A stretch of 64,000 bases of DNA from sequence record SRR31156797_336; one strand, written 5' to 3'. Positions 47,459-58,401 of this stretch are shown here, piece after piece. The position numbers and the translations under genes were made by a program. The notes beneath the pieces are model-generated. The model was given only the letters and a program-made list of their open reading frames with translations. It had not been told where the DNA came from and searched no databases. Each line of letters starts with the position of its first letter. The stretch's first letter is position 1.

Positions 47459-48136
47459 CTAATGAAATAGTTTACCGAAATCAACATTAGCATCTGAAGA
47501 TTTTTCAAAAACAGGAATTTCAATAATAGGACAGTCAAAATCAAATTTCTTTAAATAGTGATGAAATACATTTATAGAATCCTTTAAAATAAATTCACTC
47601 TTTGCAGGATAGTGATTGTAAATTAATCCATGAAGAGGAATGTTACGACTCTTCATTATTTCCAAACTCATTAAAGTGTGATTTATACTTCCCAATTTTG
47701 AAGAAGTAACTAAAATTACGGGATAACGTTTTTCTTCTAAAAAATCCAATAATGAATAATCTAATGATATAGGAACATGCAATCCTCCAACTCCCTCTAA
47801 TAAAACAATTTCAAATCTTTCTTCTAATGTTTTAGTTGAATTGTTTATTTGCTCAATATCTATCTTTTTATTTTGCATATTAGCAGCCAAATGAGGAGAT
47901 GCAGGATAGTCGAAAACAAATGGACAGGTAGTTAAATCTTTATCTTCTTCGAACAACTCAACGCCCATAATTTCACGATGCGTAAGTATATCTTCTGATA
48001 TTCCCTGACAACCTGTTTGTGCGAATTTTTGAGTAATAATTTTACGATTATCCTGATGTAAATATTTAGCTATTAAGCCAGTAGCATAAGACTTTCCGGC
48101 ATCTGTATCGATTCCTGAAATAAAATAGGTTGTCAT
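47459..48136 (-). CDS. bioD: Dethiobiotin synthase
   Basis: GIDTDAGKS, SPHLAA, EGVGG, LGSINHT. Confidence 0.95.
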   Translation of the reverse strand: MTTYFISGIDTDAGKSYATGLIAKYLHQDNRKIITQKFAQTGCQGISEDILTHREIMGVELFEEDKDLTTCPFVFDYPASPHLAANMQNKKIDIEQINNSTKTLEERFEIVLLEGVGGLHVPISLDYSLLDFLEEKRYPVILVTSSKLGSINHTLMSLEIMKSRNIPLHGLIYNHYPAKSEFILKDSINVFHHYLKKFDFDCPIIEIPVFEKSSDANVDFGKLFH

Positions 48137-48142
48137 TTAAAT

Positions 48143-48904
48143 TTACTTTTTAGGTTTTGCAATAAAATAAATTGGCTGATAGGTGAGAGGTACTCCTAAT
48201 TCGGTACCAAACAGATCTTTATAGTCTTCTTCAAATCTGTTTAAGTCGCTTTTTGTCCATGCTTTTCCTGGAATACCATTTACCCCTGTTTGCTTCATGT
48301 GTTTTAAAACGCCCAATGGAGTGGGAAAATACCTGGTGATTGTTTCTCTATCACTCCAAATGATCTCGAATTTCTCACTTAATAAGCGTTCATGTTTGGC
48401 AAAAGAAAGATAATTTAATCCTTTTCCTACCACATCTCGAATTTCTCTATAGTTATCTGGTCCAAACGAACTGAAAACTAAAAATGAGTCGGGTTTTAGC
48501 GATTGGTGTGCTCGAGATAAAAAATCCTCTAGATTTGTAAACCACTGAAAGGTAGAGCTTGACACTATCATATCTAAAGAATTAGGTAAGCTTGTATTTT
48601 CAATATCTCCACCAATAAATTTTATATTTGAATTGATATTTTCAAGAACATCCGAATATTCTTTCACAATATCATTCGCAAAATATTGACTAGTTTCAAA
48701 GTTTCTGAAGAATTTCTCGGTCAGAACTCCTGGTCCACAACCCACTTCGAATACTTTCGAGAATTTCCCTTGAAAGTGCCTTTGCAATTCATTTATCAAC
48801 CTTGATGCAATTGCCTCTTGTACAATCGCATGCTTTCTGTAGGTTTCTATACTTTTTACAAATCCCTTTTGAACCTTATCTTTATTAATTTCCTGATGTT
48901 CCAC
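48143..48904 (-). CDS. bioC: Malonyl-ACP O-methyltransferase
   Basis: A.VQ, EVGCGPG, SSSTFQW, LKHMKQTGV, LTYQP. Confidence 0.92.
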   Translation of the reverse strand: MEHQEINKDKVQKGFVKSIETYRKHAIVQEAIASRLINELQRHFQGKFSKVFEVGCGPGVLTEKFFRNFETSQYFANDIVKEYSDVLENINSNIKFIGGDIENTSLPNSLDMIVSSSTFQWFTNLEDFLSRAHQSLKPDSFLVFSSFGPDNYREIRDVVGKGLNYLSFAKHERLLSEKFEIIWSDRETITRYFPTPLGVLKHMKQTGVNGIPGKAWTKSDLNRFEEDYKDLFGTELGVPLTYQPIYFIAKPKK

Positions 48905-49577
48905 TGCTTAAATCTTCAATTAATTCATCCCATGATTTCCATCTGTCAAAACAAAAATGTGCATAATCTCTTTCCTTAATTTTCAAGAAATCACTCCATG
49001 CATTCTTCTGATTATCAGATGTAAAGATCATATCGCCTTTTCCAATTAAGGCAAGATCAAAAACATTCCAATCTATAAAATGATTTTGAATAATGTTCTG
49101 TAATGTAATAAGTTCCTCTTTTTGTTCATCAAGTTTTCTTTGTGGCTTGTTGGCTTTGAACAAACTAAAAGCTGATCTGCCACCACACATTCTCATCCAA
49201 AATTTTTCCAGATTTCTATCATTCAATCCGTCAATAGTTCCTTGAAAAACAGAAGGAGGGATTCCTTTTAAATTATCAATAGGTGAGAGTGTTCCATTTA
49301 TTGCAATCTTTGAAGCAAATAAATCCTTGCATTGATTTAAAATCATATTGCTTATATAAACACCCAATGACCAGGCAACTAAATGAACTTCGACATAATT
49401 TTCAAACAAACGATTTACTTCCTTAGGCAATAAAATATCTCTATAATCATAACAGGTTAAGATATCATATTCATTAGTATTTAAGGTTTTTATGGGATTT
49501 TCATCGCACCCCCAACCATTCATGAAAAGGATACACTTTTCCTTATTATCCTTATGAATCCATTTAGTTCTCATCAC
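48885..49577 (-). CDS. bioG: Pimeloyl-ACP methyl ester esterase, BioG/DUF452 type
   Basis: GWG.D, YDY, VAWSLGV, AINGT; between bioF and bioC. Confidence 0.8.
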   Translation of the reverse strand: MMRTKWIHKDNKEKCILFMNGWGCDENPIKTLNTNEYDILTCYDYRDILLPKEVNRLFENYVEVHLVAWSLGVYISNMILNQCKDLFASKIAINGTLSPIDNLKGIPPSVFQGTIDGLNDRNLEKFWMRMCGGRSAFSLFKANKPQRKLDEQKEELITLQNIIQNHFIDWNVFDLALIGKGDMIFTSDNQKNAWSDFLKIKERDYAHFCFDRWKSWDELIEDLSSGTSGN

Positions 49578-50679
49578 AATACTCTTTAATTATGACAGGT
49601 AAATTCTTTATAGCCTCCCAATTCATATCCGCACAAAGCGATAATCGTAGTCTGGATGTACCTTCTGGAACAGCCGGAGGTCTTATAGGAAAGACTAGAA
49701 ACCCCTTCGTTTGGAGGTATTCAGCTAAATTTACACACTTTTGACTATCTCCTACAAGAACTGGAATAATATTGGAACTACCCGCTGTGGCTATATCAAA
49801 TTCAATTAATTTTTCACGAAATTGCTCTGATAATATATTAAGATGCTCTCTTTCAAGCTTCATTTTGACTATTGTTCTCAACATAATATGATTCCAGCTA
49901 ATAACAATAGGAGGTAGTGAAGTGGTAAATATTAAAGATCTCATTTTATTAATGAGATAATCTTTCAAAATTGAATCGCAAATAACATATGCACCAATTG
50001 AATTCATTGCCTTTCCAAAGGTTCCTACAAGTAGGTCAATATCGTTAATGCAATTTAATTCCTCAGTTAACCCAAGTCCTTTATTACCTCTAACTCCTAA
50101 AGCATGAGCTTCATCTATATATAGTAGGGAGTTGTAATTGTTTTTTATTTCAATCAGTTTTTCGATATCTGCTTGATCTCCATCCATACTAAAGATGGAT
50201 TCACTAACAATAAACACCTGATCGTAATCATTTCTCTTATTTTTTAAGATTTGAATCAAATGAGTGTAATCATTGTGCTTAAAACGTACATGATCAGCAC
50301 TGGATAAGCGAATTCCATCAATTATGCTTGCATGATTCAATTTATCGGATATAATTAAATCTCCTTTTCCAGCTAAAGCAGATAGAATTCCAATATTAGC
50401 ATGATATCCAGAGTTAAAGAAAAGAGAAGGTTTTCCATAGAGTTTCTCCAACTCATTTTCAAGCGCTTCATACTCGCAAAAGTTCCCTGTGAGTAGACGT
50501 GAAGATCCTGATCCAAATGCATTCCCTTTTGGACGAGGTATATTTTTTTTGCTAACCCCAAGGTAATCGTTTGATGATAAATTTACCTTATAATCATTCT
50601 GAGAAATCTTTTTAAGACTTCTCAAATTGCCAGATTCCTGCAATTTATCTAATTCCTGCTTGTATTTATTCAAATTCAT
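49564..50679 (-). CDS. bioF: 8-amino-7-oxononanoate synthase
   Basis: SSNDYLG, HASIIDG, SMDGD, DEAH, GTFGKA; start MNLNK at 50679 preferred. Confidence 0.95.
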   Translation of the reverse strand: MNLNKYKQELDKLQESGNLRSLKKISQNDYKVNLSSNDYLGVSKKNIPRPKGNAFGSGSSRLLTGNFCEYEALENELEKLYGKPSLFFNSGYHANIGILSALAGKGDLIISDKLNHASIIDGIRLSSADHVRFKHNDYTHLIQILKNKRNDYDQVFIVSESIFSMDGDQADIEKLIEIKNNYNSLLYIDEAHALGVRGNKGLGLTEELNCINDIDLLVGTFGKAMNSIGAYVICDSILKDYLINKMRSLIFTTSLPPIVISWNHIMLRTIVKMKLEREHLNILSEQFREKLIEFDIATAGSSNIIPVLVGDSQKCVNLAEYLQTKGFLVFPIRPPAVPEGTSRLRLSLCADMNWEAIKNLPVIIKEYCDEN

Positions 50680-50698
50680 TATTGTCACTAAAAAACTA

Positions 50699-51982
50699 TC
50701 ATTCAACAATATTTATAAGTGATTCACATAATAAAATTAAGTCTTCATCACTAATAATATAGGGAGGCATAAGGTAGATGAGTTTACCAAAAGGTCTTAC
50801 CCAAATGCCTTTATCTACAAACTTTCTTTGCAAATCAGCCATATTAACCGATTGCTTCATTTCAATAACTCCAATTGCCCCTAAAACCCGAACATCATTC
50901 ACTTTTTCACTCTCTGAAATGGTGGATAGCTTCTCTTTAAGGATGCTTTCTATGCGCTTGATATTCTCTTGCCAATTCGACCTTAAAAGCAGGGAAATAC
51001 TGGCTATTCCGAGTGAACATGCTAATGGATTACCCATGAAAGTAGGACCATGCATAAAGCATCCTGGAGAACTTCCGGATATTCCGTCACTTACTTTTTT
51101 TGTTGTAAGAGTAGCTGCAAAAGACATGTATCCTCCGGTAATAGCCTTGCCGACGACCATGATGTCGGGTTCGATGTCAGCATGTTCGCAGGCAAATAAT
51201 TTCCCTGTTCTGCCAAATCCTGTTGCAATCTCATCAAATATCAATAAAACATCATATTCGTTGCATATTGAGCGCAATTGATTTAGGTATCTCGGATGAT
51301 AAAAACGCATTCCTCCAGCACCTTGAACAATTGGTTCAAGAATTACAGCAGTTAATTCTTCATGATTCTTTTCAATCATTAATTTGATTGAATCAATAGA
51401 TTTCTCATCCCATTCCTCATGAAATTTGCAAGATGGAGAATCTGCAAATAAATTTATAGGTAAAACCCCTGTAAAAATATCATGCATTCCAGTAACAGGA
51501 TCACAAACCGACATGGCATTAAAAGTATCGCCATGGTATCCAGATTTTATCGATAAAAATTTATTCTTTTTGAAATCTCCTGTAGCAAATCTATACTGAA
51601 GAGCCATTTTCATAGCAACTTCAACCGCAACAGAGCCAGAATCAGAATAAAAAACTTTTTCTAAGCCTGTTGGAGTTATCTCAACCAATAATTTAGCTAA
51701 GTCGATAGCAGGTTGGTGAGTTAAGCCTCCAAACATCACATGTGACATTTTCTCTACTTGAGATTTTACCGCTTCGTTCAATTCAGGATGATTGTATCCA
51801 TGAATCGCACACCACCAGGAAGACATTCCATCAATCAATTCTCTTCCATCCTCTAGCTTTATTCTCACTCCGTTAGCCGATTCTACAGGATATACAGGCA
51901 AAGGATTATGCATAGAAGTGTAAGGATGCCAAATGTGCTCCTTATCAAATGCTAAATCCATTGATTTATTCATTATTGTCAT
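50699..51982 (-). CDS. bioA: DAPA aminotransferase
   Basis: [35 protein letters not shown]. Confidence 0.96.
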   Translation of the reverse strand: MTIMNKSMDLAFDKEHIWHPYTSMHNPLPVYPVESANGVRIKLEDGRELIDGMSSWWCAIHGYNHPELNEAVKSQVEKMSHVMFGGLTHQPAIDLAKLLVEITPTGLEKVFYSDSGSVAVEVAMKMALQYRFATGDFKKNKFLSIKSGYHGDTFNAMSVCDPVTGMHDIFTGVLPINLFADSPSCKFHEEWDEKSIDSIKLMIEKNHEELTAVILEPIVQGAGGMRFYHPRYLNQLRSICNEYDVLLIFDEIATGFGRTGKLFACEHADIEPDIMVVGKAITGGYMSFAATLTTKKVSDGISGSSPGCFMHGPTFMGNPLACSLGIASISLLLRSNWQENIKRIESILKEKLSTISESEKVNDVRVLGAIGVIEMKQSVNMADLQRKFVDKGIWVRPFGKLIYLMPPYIISDEDLILLCESLINIVE

Positions 51983-52170
51983 TCTATATTTATATTATCG
52001 AATTTCACCGTAAAGCTAGAATTTCTTACGCTAAAGACAGACTAATTCAACCTATTTTTAAAACATACATGCCTTCAGGGAAGGAAATGTTATCTGTTCG
52101 TTAATCTATAAAGCTTGAGGTATAATTTCATTTTTTTCTATTAATTTGTCAAAAATTATAAATTTATCAC

Positions 52171-52656
52171 ATGAAGACACTTAAAACAATCGTATTTACC
52201 GGAATTTTCGTAATGATCTGTATAAGTCTATCAGCTCAGAAAATTTACAGTCCAAAAGCTGATGCTGAAAAAGATATTGAAACGGCATTAGCAGAGGCAA
52301 AAAAGGATGGAAAACATGTACTTATTCAAGTAGGAGGAAACTGGTGCCCATGGTGTATTAAAATGCATAAATACCTTCATGCTGAAAAAGAGGTGAATGA
52401 GCTTTTAGAACAAAATTATGTATTTCTAGAAGTTAATTATAGCAAGGAAAATAAAAACTTGGAAGCGCTTAAAAGTTTAGGATATCCTCAAAGATTTGGA
52501 TTTCCTGTAATGGTAATTTTAAATTCAGCAGGAGAGAGATTGCATACCCAAAATACTGGAAATCTGGAAAAGGATAAAGGATATGATACTAAAAAAGTAA
52601 AGTCTTTTCTTTATAATTGGCGACCTGATGCTCTTAATCCTTCCCACTATAAATAA
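52171..52656 (+). CDS. Secreted thioredoxin-family protein
   Basis: Signal peptide; GGNWCPWC; GFP cis-Pro motif. Confidence 0.88.
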   Translation: MKTLKTIVFTGIFVMICISLSAQKIYSPKADAEKDIETALAEAKKDGKHVLIQVGGNWCPWCIKMHKYLHAEKEVNELLEQNYVFLEVNYSKENKNLEALKSLGYPQRFGFPVMVILNSAGERLHTQNTGNLEKDKGYDTKKVKSFLYNWRPDALNPSHYK

Positions 52657-52779
52657 AGGTTAATTATTGCTAATTTGGACTAAGAACTCCGATTTTATTT
52701 GAATAAAGAAATAAATATATTTTCTTTGTAACGAATTAATGGCAATAGCTAGAAAAATAAAATACTAAAAAAAGATATT

Positions 52780-53307
52780 ATGACTATTTCAAAAGATAAA
52801 ATGGTTTCAGTTATTTACGAATTGAAAACTGATCCAGCAGGCGAAATCATTGAAAAAGCAGTAAACGAAACTCCATTAACATACTTGTGTGGTGCAGGTC
52901 AAATGCTAGAGAAATTCGAAGCTAACTTAATGGGTTTAAAAGTAGGTGATACTTTTGATTTTAAATTGGAAACTGCAGAAGCTTATGGTGAAGCATCAGA
53001 GCAAGCTGTTATTGAACTTCCTAAGAATATTTTTGAAGTAAACGGTGAGTTTGACGCAGAAATGATCAAAGAAGGTAACGTTGTGCCAATGCAAGATAGT
53101 TCAGGACGTAGAATGAACGGTATTGTATTGGAAGTTGCTGATGCTACTGTAAAAATGGACTTTAACCACCCGTTAGCTGGAGATGATTTATTCTTCAAAG
53201 GTGAAGTTATTGAAGTTAGAGAAGCTACAGGTGAAGAAAAGCAAGCTGCTTATGCACCTCAAGGTGGATGCGATAGCGGAAGCTGTGGAAGCGGTTGTTC
53301 TTGCTAA
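52780..53307 (+). CDS. slyD: FKBP-type peptidyl-prolyl isomerase, SlyD-like
   Basis: EAYG, DFNHPLAG, Cys/Gly-rich tail GGCDSGSCGSGCSC. Confidence 0.88.
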   Translation: MTISKDKMVSVIYELKTDPAGEIIEKAVNETPLTYLCGAGQMLEKFEANLMGLKVGDTFDFKLETAEAYGEASEQAVIELPKNIFEVNGEFDAEMIKEGNVVPMQDSSGRRMNGIVLEVADATVKMDFNHPLAGDDLFFKGEVIEVREATGEEKQAAYAPQGGCDSGSCGSGCSC

Positions 53308-53402
53308 TCTCTTTCTTATAAAATATTTCAAACCCGAAAGCCAATGGTTTTCGGGTTTTGTTTTTTTATTTCATAAAAGTACCTTTAAGGCTCAATAAAA
53401 AA

Positions 53403-54710
53403 ATGAGAATTATGTGGAAACGATTACCTCTTTATGTGAAGATCCTAATTGGAATGGGATTGGGAATTATAGCTGGAATGCTAGCTGTTTATTTCGATCT
53501 AACAAAATTCACTAGTGACTGGATAAAACCATGGGGAGGGCTGTTTCTTAATCTGCTGAAACTCATAGCCGTTCCTTTGATATTTGTTTCGTTAGTAAAG
53601 GGAATATCAAGTCTTTCTAATATTTCTAAATTATCTAGAATTGGTATTAAAACCATTTCACTCTACGTAATATCTACAGTTATAGCAGTTAGTTTCGGAT
53701 TGCTTTTGGTAAATAATTTTGAGCCTGGGAATACCTTTCCACAGCATAAAAAAGTAGAACTACAAGAGCGCTTTGGCTCAACCATTAATCTTAAAAAGAG
53801 TCAGGCAGAGAATTTAAAAGAAGAATCTCCAATTCAGTTTATTGTTGACATAGTACCCGATAATTTCTTTAAAGCTGCAACAGATAACTCTAAGATGCTT
53901 CAAATCATATTCTTTGCAATATTGTTTGGCGTGGCAATGGTTATTTTGGAAGAGAAAAAAGTAAAAGTAGTTCGGGAATTCTTCGATGGTATTGACGCCA
54001 TAATTCTTAAAATTATTGATATTATCATGCTATTTGCGCCTTATGGTGTATTTGCACTTATTGCCGGATTAATTGTTGATTTTTCAGGAGATATTGACTT
54101 ATTTACTGCCTTGGGATATTATGCAATTACCGTTGTTGCAGGATTATTATTTATGATTTTCCTAATCTATCCACTGTTTTTAAGAATCTTTACACCAATC
54201 AAATACACCGATTTCTACAAATTTATTTCTCCTGCACAATTGTTGGCATTTTCTACAAGTTCGAGTGCTGCAACACTTCCCGTTACTATGGAATGCGTTG
54301 AAAATAAAATGGGAGTTTCCAATGAAGTTGCCAGCTTTGTATTGCCTGTTGGAGTAACCATTAATATGGATGGGACAAGTTGTTATCAGGCAATTGCAGC
54401 CGTTTTTATTGCTCAGGTATTTGGTGTGCCATTGGATATCTACGATCAATTAATTATTGTTGTAACGGCTACACTAGCCTCAATTGGGACTCCAGGAGTT
54501 CCAGGTGGTAGTATTGTGATGTTGATAATTGTTCTTACTTCAGTTGGTATTCCTATTGAAGGTTTAGCTTTGATATTAGGAATTGATAGACCTTTAGATA
54601 TGCTAAGAACGGTTGTAAATGTTACAGGTGATGCTACTGTATCAACAATAGTTGCTAAAACTGAAGGAAAATTAAACTACGCACCTAAAATAATTACAAA
54701 AAATATTTAA
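53403..54710 (+). CDS. Dicarboxylate/amino acid:cation symporter (DAACS)
   Basis: FSTSSSAATLP, TINMDG, GVPGG, DRPLDMLRTVVNVTGD. Confidence 0.93.
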   Translation: MRIMWKRLPLYVKILIGMGLGIIAGMLAVYFDLTKFTSDWIKPWGGLFLNLLKLIAVPLIFVSLVKGISSLSNISKLSRIGIKTISLYVISTVIAVSFGLLLVNNFEPGNTFPQHKKVELQERFGSTINLKKSQAENLKEESPIQFIVDIVPDNFFKAATDNSKMLQIIFFAILFGVAMVILEEKKVKVVREFFDGIDAIILKIIDIIMLFAPYGVFALIAGLIVDFSGDIDLFTALGYYAITVVAGLLFMIFLIYPLFLRIFTPIKYTDFYKFISPAQLLAFSTSSSAATLPVTMECVENKMGVSNEVASFVLPVGVTINMDGTSCYQAIAAVFIAQVFGVPLDIYDQLIIVVTATLASIGTPGVPGGSIVMLIIVLTSVGIPIEGLALILGIDRPLDMLRTVVNVTGDATVSTIVAKTEGKLNYAPKIITKNI

Positions 54711-54756
54711 GTCTACAAGTAGCATTAATAGTAGTGTTAAGCAATTTTAAATTAAT

Positions 54757-54791
54757 TTTGTCTAATCTTTTTCCATTTTACATGAACAAAA
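54757..54791 (+). promoter_or_regulatory. Shared regulatory element, copy 1 (upstream of fasciclin gene)
   Basis: 29/35 nt identical to 57748-57782. Confidence 0.65.
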
Positions 54792-54835
54792 ACAAATAGA
54801 GTTTGTTTCCTGATTGAACCATTAAAATTAATGAT

Positions 54836-56629
54836 ATGAATTTCAGGAATTACAAATTTAGTTTGGGATTATTTTTCCTTTTGCTTTCAACAGCAGTAAC
54901 TGTCTCATGTAATGATGATGACGATGATAATAATCCAGCACCGATGCCAATGGAAGAAAGCATTGTAGACATTGTACTCGGAAATAGCGATTTTTCAACT
55001 CTTGTAGAAGCTCTTACCAAAGCTGATTTGGTGGAGGTCTTAAATGGTAATGGTCCTTTTACAGTATTTGGTCCAACCAATGCAGCATTTCAAGAATTAT
55101 TTACAACACTTGGGGTAGATGGCATTGATGATTTAAGTGCTGAAGCTCTTACGCCAATTTTACTTTATCATGTTTTAGGATTTGAAGCCAAATCGGGTGA
55201 TCTTACAAATGGCTATGTGGAAACTCTTAGCAACTTTACTACTGGAGATTTTCCAATCAATTTATTAGTAAATATTGATGGTGGAGTAAGTTTAAATAAG
55301 GAAACCAACGTGTCAACCGCCGATGTTATGGCTTCAAATGGTGTGATTCATATTATTGATAAAGTACTACTGCCACCTGATGTTGTTGATATTGCTATTG
55401 CAAATACTTCCTTTACACATTTGGTAGAGGCTATTATTAAAGCAGATTTAGTAGATGCCTTAAAAGCTGATGGTCCTTTCACAATTTTTGCGCCAACGGA
55501 TGATGCTTTCGAATCCTTATTTACTGAGCTTGGAGTAAATGGAATTGCAGATCTTTCAGCTGAAGCATTAACACCTATCTTGACCTATCACGTTGTTTCA
55601 GGCAATGTTAGAGCCGCAGATGTGAGTACAGGTAGCGTGCCAACTTTAAACACTGAAGATGATCTGGATATAACTGCAGATGAATCGGGTGTCTCAATTA
55701 ATGGAAATACAAATGTTATTGCGACAGATGTTCAGGGATCTAACGGTGTTATTCACGTTATTGATAAGGTTTTACTTCCGAATCAAGAAGAAGAGTCAGA
55801 ATCAATTGCCGATATAGCTTCAGGGAATGAAGATTTTACTAGTCTTGTAGCTGCATTAAGCAAAGCTGATTTGGTTGAAACCTTAGGTGGAGAAGGTACT
55901 TTTACAGTATTTGCTCCAACAAACGAAGCATTTCAGGAGCTTTTCGATGCTCTGGGCGTATCAGGGATTGAAGAACTTTCAGCAAATGCCTTGACTCAAA
56001 TTCTACTTTATCATGTCTTATCATCCAAGGTGATGTCAGCAGATTTAGAAACAGGATATGCAGAAACATTAAGCACTAATAGCCCTGATCAAGATCAGGT
56101 TACTTTAAGAATTGATCTTGACGGAGGAGTGAAGCTGAATAAGGAAACCATGGTTACAACAGCCGATATTGAAGCCTTCAACGGTGTGATTCATATCATC
56201 GATAAAGTCCTGCTTCCAACAAATGTAGTAGATATTGCTATAGCTAATCCTTCATTCGAACATTTGGTAGCCGCAGTGGTAAAAGCCGACTTGGCGGGTA
56301 CTTTAAGCGGAGATGGACCTTTTACAATATTTGCTCCGACTGACGAAGCGTTTGAAACTTTATTCTCTGACCTGGGAGTTTCAGGAATTGATGAATTAAG
56401 CGCTGAAACACTTACTCCAATTTTATTATACCATGTTGTTTCAGGTAATGTTAGAGCCGAAGATGTGAGTACAGGAATGGTTCCAACTCTTAATGAATCA
56501 AATATGCTTGACATTGATGCAAGTTCAGGAGTTGTAATTAATGGCAACACAAATGTTATTGCCGCTAACGTGCAAGGAACCAATGGTGTAATTCACGCTA
56601 TAGATAAGGTACTATTACCTGCAGAATAA
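54836..56629 (+). CDS. Fasciclin (FAS1) x4 lipoprotein
   Basis: Lipobox TVSC; four FTVF/IF-A/G-PT..AF...NGVIH.IDKVLLP repeats. Confidence 0.93.
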   Translation: MNFRNYKFSLGLFFLLLSTAVTVSCNDDDDDNNPAPMPMEESIVDIVLGNSDFSTLVEALTKADLVEVLNGNGPFTVFGPTNAAFQELFTTLGVDGIDDLSAEALTPILLYHVLGFEAKSGDLTNGYVETLSNFTTGDFPINLLVNIDGGVSLNKETNVSTADVMASNGVIHIIDKVLLPPDVVDIAIANTSFTHLVEAIIKADLVDALKADGPFTIFAPTDDAFESLFTELGVNGIADLSAEALTPILTYHVVSGNVRAADVSTGSVPTLNTEDDLDITADESGVSINGNTNVIATDVQGSNGVIHVIDKVLLPNQEEESESIADIASGNEDFTSLVAALSKADLVETLGGEGTFTVFAPTNEAFQELFDALGVSGIEELSANALTQILLYHVLSSKVMSADLETGYAETLSTNSPDQDQVTLRIDLDGGVKLNKETMVTTADIEAFNGVIHIIDKVLLPTNVVDIAIANPSFEHLVAAVVKADLAGTLSGDGPFTIFAPTDEAFETLFSDLGVSGIDELSAETLTPILLYHVVSGNVRAEDVSTGMVPTLNESNMLDIDASSGVVINGNTNVIAANVQGTNGVIHAIDKVLLPAE

Positions 56630-56739
56630 AATAATCAATATAAAACTTGCAAACCAATGCGGGTTTTATATTTTTTTATAGATTTAATACATGTTTTACC
56701 CAGCTTAAATCCCTCTTAAGCCTTCTTAAATAAACGAAA

Positions 56740-57618
56740 ATGAGCAAATATTCTATAAAAGATCTTGAGAAAATTACTGGTGTTAAAGCACATACAATAA
56801 GAGTATGGGAGAGGAGGTACGCTATCATTCAGCCGGAAAGAACGGAAACAAATATTAGATATTACTCTGATAATGATCTAAAACGCTTGTTAAATATCGC
56901 CATGCTGAATGATGCTGGGATTAAAATATCTCACTTGGCTAAATTAACAAGTATAGATTTAGAAGCTAAAGTTATGGAGCTCTCTCGATCCAATAAGGTT
57001 GAAGCTTTCGCGATCGAAAAACTAACAATGGCAACCGTTAATTTTAACGAGGATTTATTTGAATCAATCCTTTCCAAAAGCCTTCTGGAACAAGGGATGG
57101 AAGATACCATAACGAAAGTATTATTTCCATTTTTCGAAAGGGTTGGAATTCTTTGGCAAGTAGGATCAATTAGTCCGGCTCAGGAGCATTTTATTTCAAA
57201 TTTAATACGTCAAAAATTATTTGCAGCTATTGATTCCTGTTCTGGTCAGAGAGTAGAAAATGCAAAAAAAATAATCTTCTATCTTAAAGAAGATGAGCTA
57301 CATGAAGTTAGTATTTTATTCTACAATTACATTGCACGCAGAAATGGATTAAGAACACTGTACTTGGGACAAGACTTGCCTTTTAAAGACTTAATAAGTG
57401 CAGTAGATGATTACCAGCCAAACTTAATTGTAACATCTTTTATTTCCCCAATAAACTCAGAAGCCTTAAATAAGTATTTAATGAACTTATCTCAATCATT
57501 GGATAAGGTAGAACTTAACGTTACAGGCTTGCAATTAAAGCAAGATGAAATTATTGTGCCTCAAAATATTACAATATTAGATTCACCCGATAAATTTAAG
57601 GAAGTGATCTCAAAATAA
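56740..57618 (+). CDS. MerR-family regulator with cobalamin-binding domains (CarH/LitR-like)
   Basis: HTIRVWERRY HTH; W-x9-EH motif (WQVGSISPAQEH); ELHE and YLGQDLP. Confidence 0.88.
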   Translation: MSKYSIKDLEKITGVKAHTIRVWERRYAIIQPERTETNIRYYSDNDLKRLLNIAMLNDAGIKISHLAKLTSIDLEAKVMELSRSNKVEAFAIEKLTMATVNFNEDLFESILSKSLLEQGMEDTITKVLFPFFERVGILWQVGSISPAQEHFISNLIRQKLFAAIDSCSGQRVENAKKIIFYLKEDELHEVSILFYNYIARRNGLRTLYLGQDLPFKDLISAVDDYQPNLIVTSFISPINSEALNKYLMNLSQSLDKVELNVTGLQLKQDEIIVPQNITILDSPDKFKEVISK

Positions 57619-57747
57619 AACGCTTCAGAGTCTTATTTTATTTCTGAAAGTAAAATCTCATACAAGCCAATACAATAGGCTATTATGAGATTTTCTTATT
57701 TAGAAAACATGCCTATTGACGATTCATGTCAATAGGCACTCTTGTAC

Positions 57748-57782
57748 TTTGTCTAATCTTTTTGTATTTTAGTTAGACAAAA
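57748..57782 (+). promoter_or_regulatory. Shared regulatory element, copy 2 (upstream of ECF sigma)
   Basis: Perfect inverted repeat TTTGTCTAA-N16-TTAGACAAA. Confidence 0.65.
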
Positions 57783-57798
57783 TAAAAGCAGATAGATC

Positions 57799-58296
57799 AT
57801 GACAACAATTGAATTTAAAAATCACATCGTAAGTCTTGAGGATCAATTAAGAATATATGCCTATCGATTAACAACTAATAGAGATGACGCATTAGATCTT
57901 TGCCAAGACACAGTATTAAAAGCCATTACATATCGCTCTAAATTCACGCATACTAATTTAAAAGCGTGGATGTTTACCATTATGAAGAACTTATTTATAA
58001 ATGCATATCGTAAAAATAAAAAACAAAGAGAATGGATTTCTCACGAAACCAATAGAAATATGGGTTTAATGAATGTAAGTTCTGATAATCCACATTCTAC
58101 TCATAATTACAACGATATTTTAAAAGAACTTAGCAAACTGGATGATCAGCTAAAAACACCTTTTAACTTGTTTCTAAGTGGATTTAAGTATCGTGAGATA
58201 GCAGAACAAACAGGATTGCCGATTGGAACTGTTAAAAGCCGTATTTTTCAGGGAAGAAAAGTGCTTAGCGAACGATTAAAAGATTTTGCTCATTAA
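57799..58296 (+). CDS. ECF-type RNA polymerase sigma factor
   Basis: DALDLCQDT, NLKAWMFTIMKN, Y.EIAE...LPIGTVKSRI. Confidence 0.93.
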   Translation: MTTIEFKNHIVSLEDQLRIYAYRLTTNRDDALDLCQDTVLKAITYRSKFTHTNLKAWMFTIMKNLFINAYRKNKKQREWISHETNRNMGLMNVSSDNPHSTHNYNDILKELSKLDDQLKTPFNLFLSGFKYREIAEQTGLPIGTVKSRIFQGRKVLSERLKDFAH

Positions 58297-58401
58297 AAAC
58301 AAACATATTTGTTTCGTGTGACTGAAAATTACTCACTGTTTATTACCTTTGCAATTAATTAAGGGAATAACTCCCGTGTTACTAAATAAAAAAATAAACA
58401 G

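Noticed and set aside
54836-56629. Long internal nucleotide repeats
   Set aside because: Explained by the four FAS1 domains (an A-B-A-B duplication)
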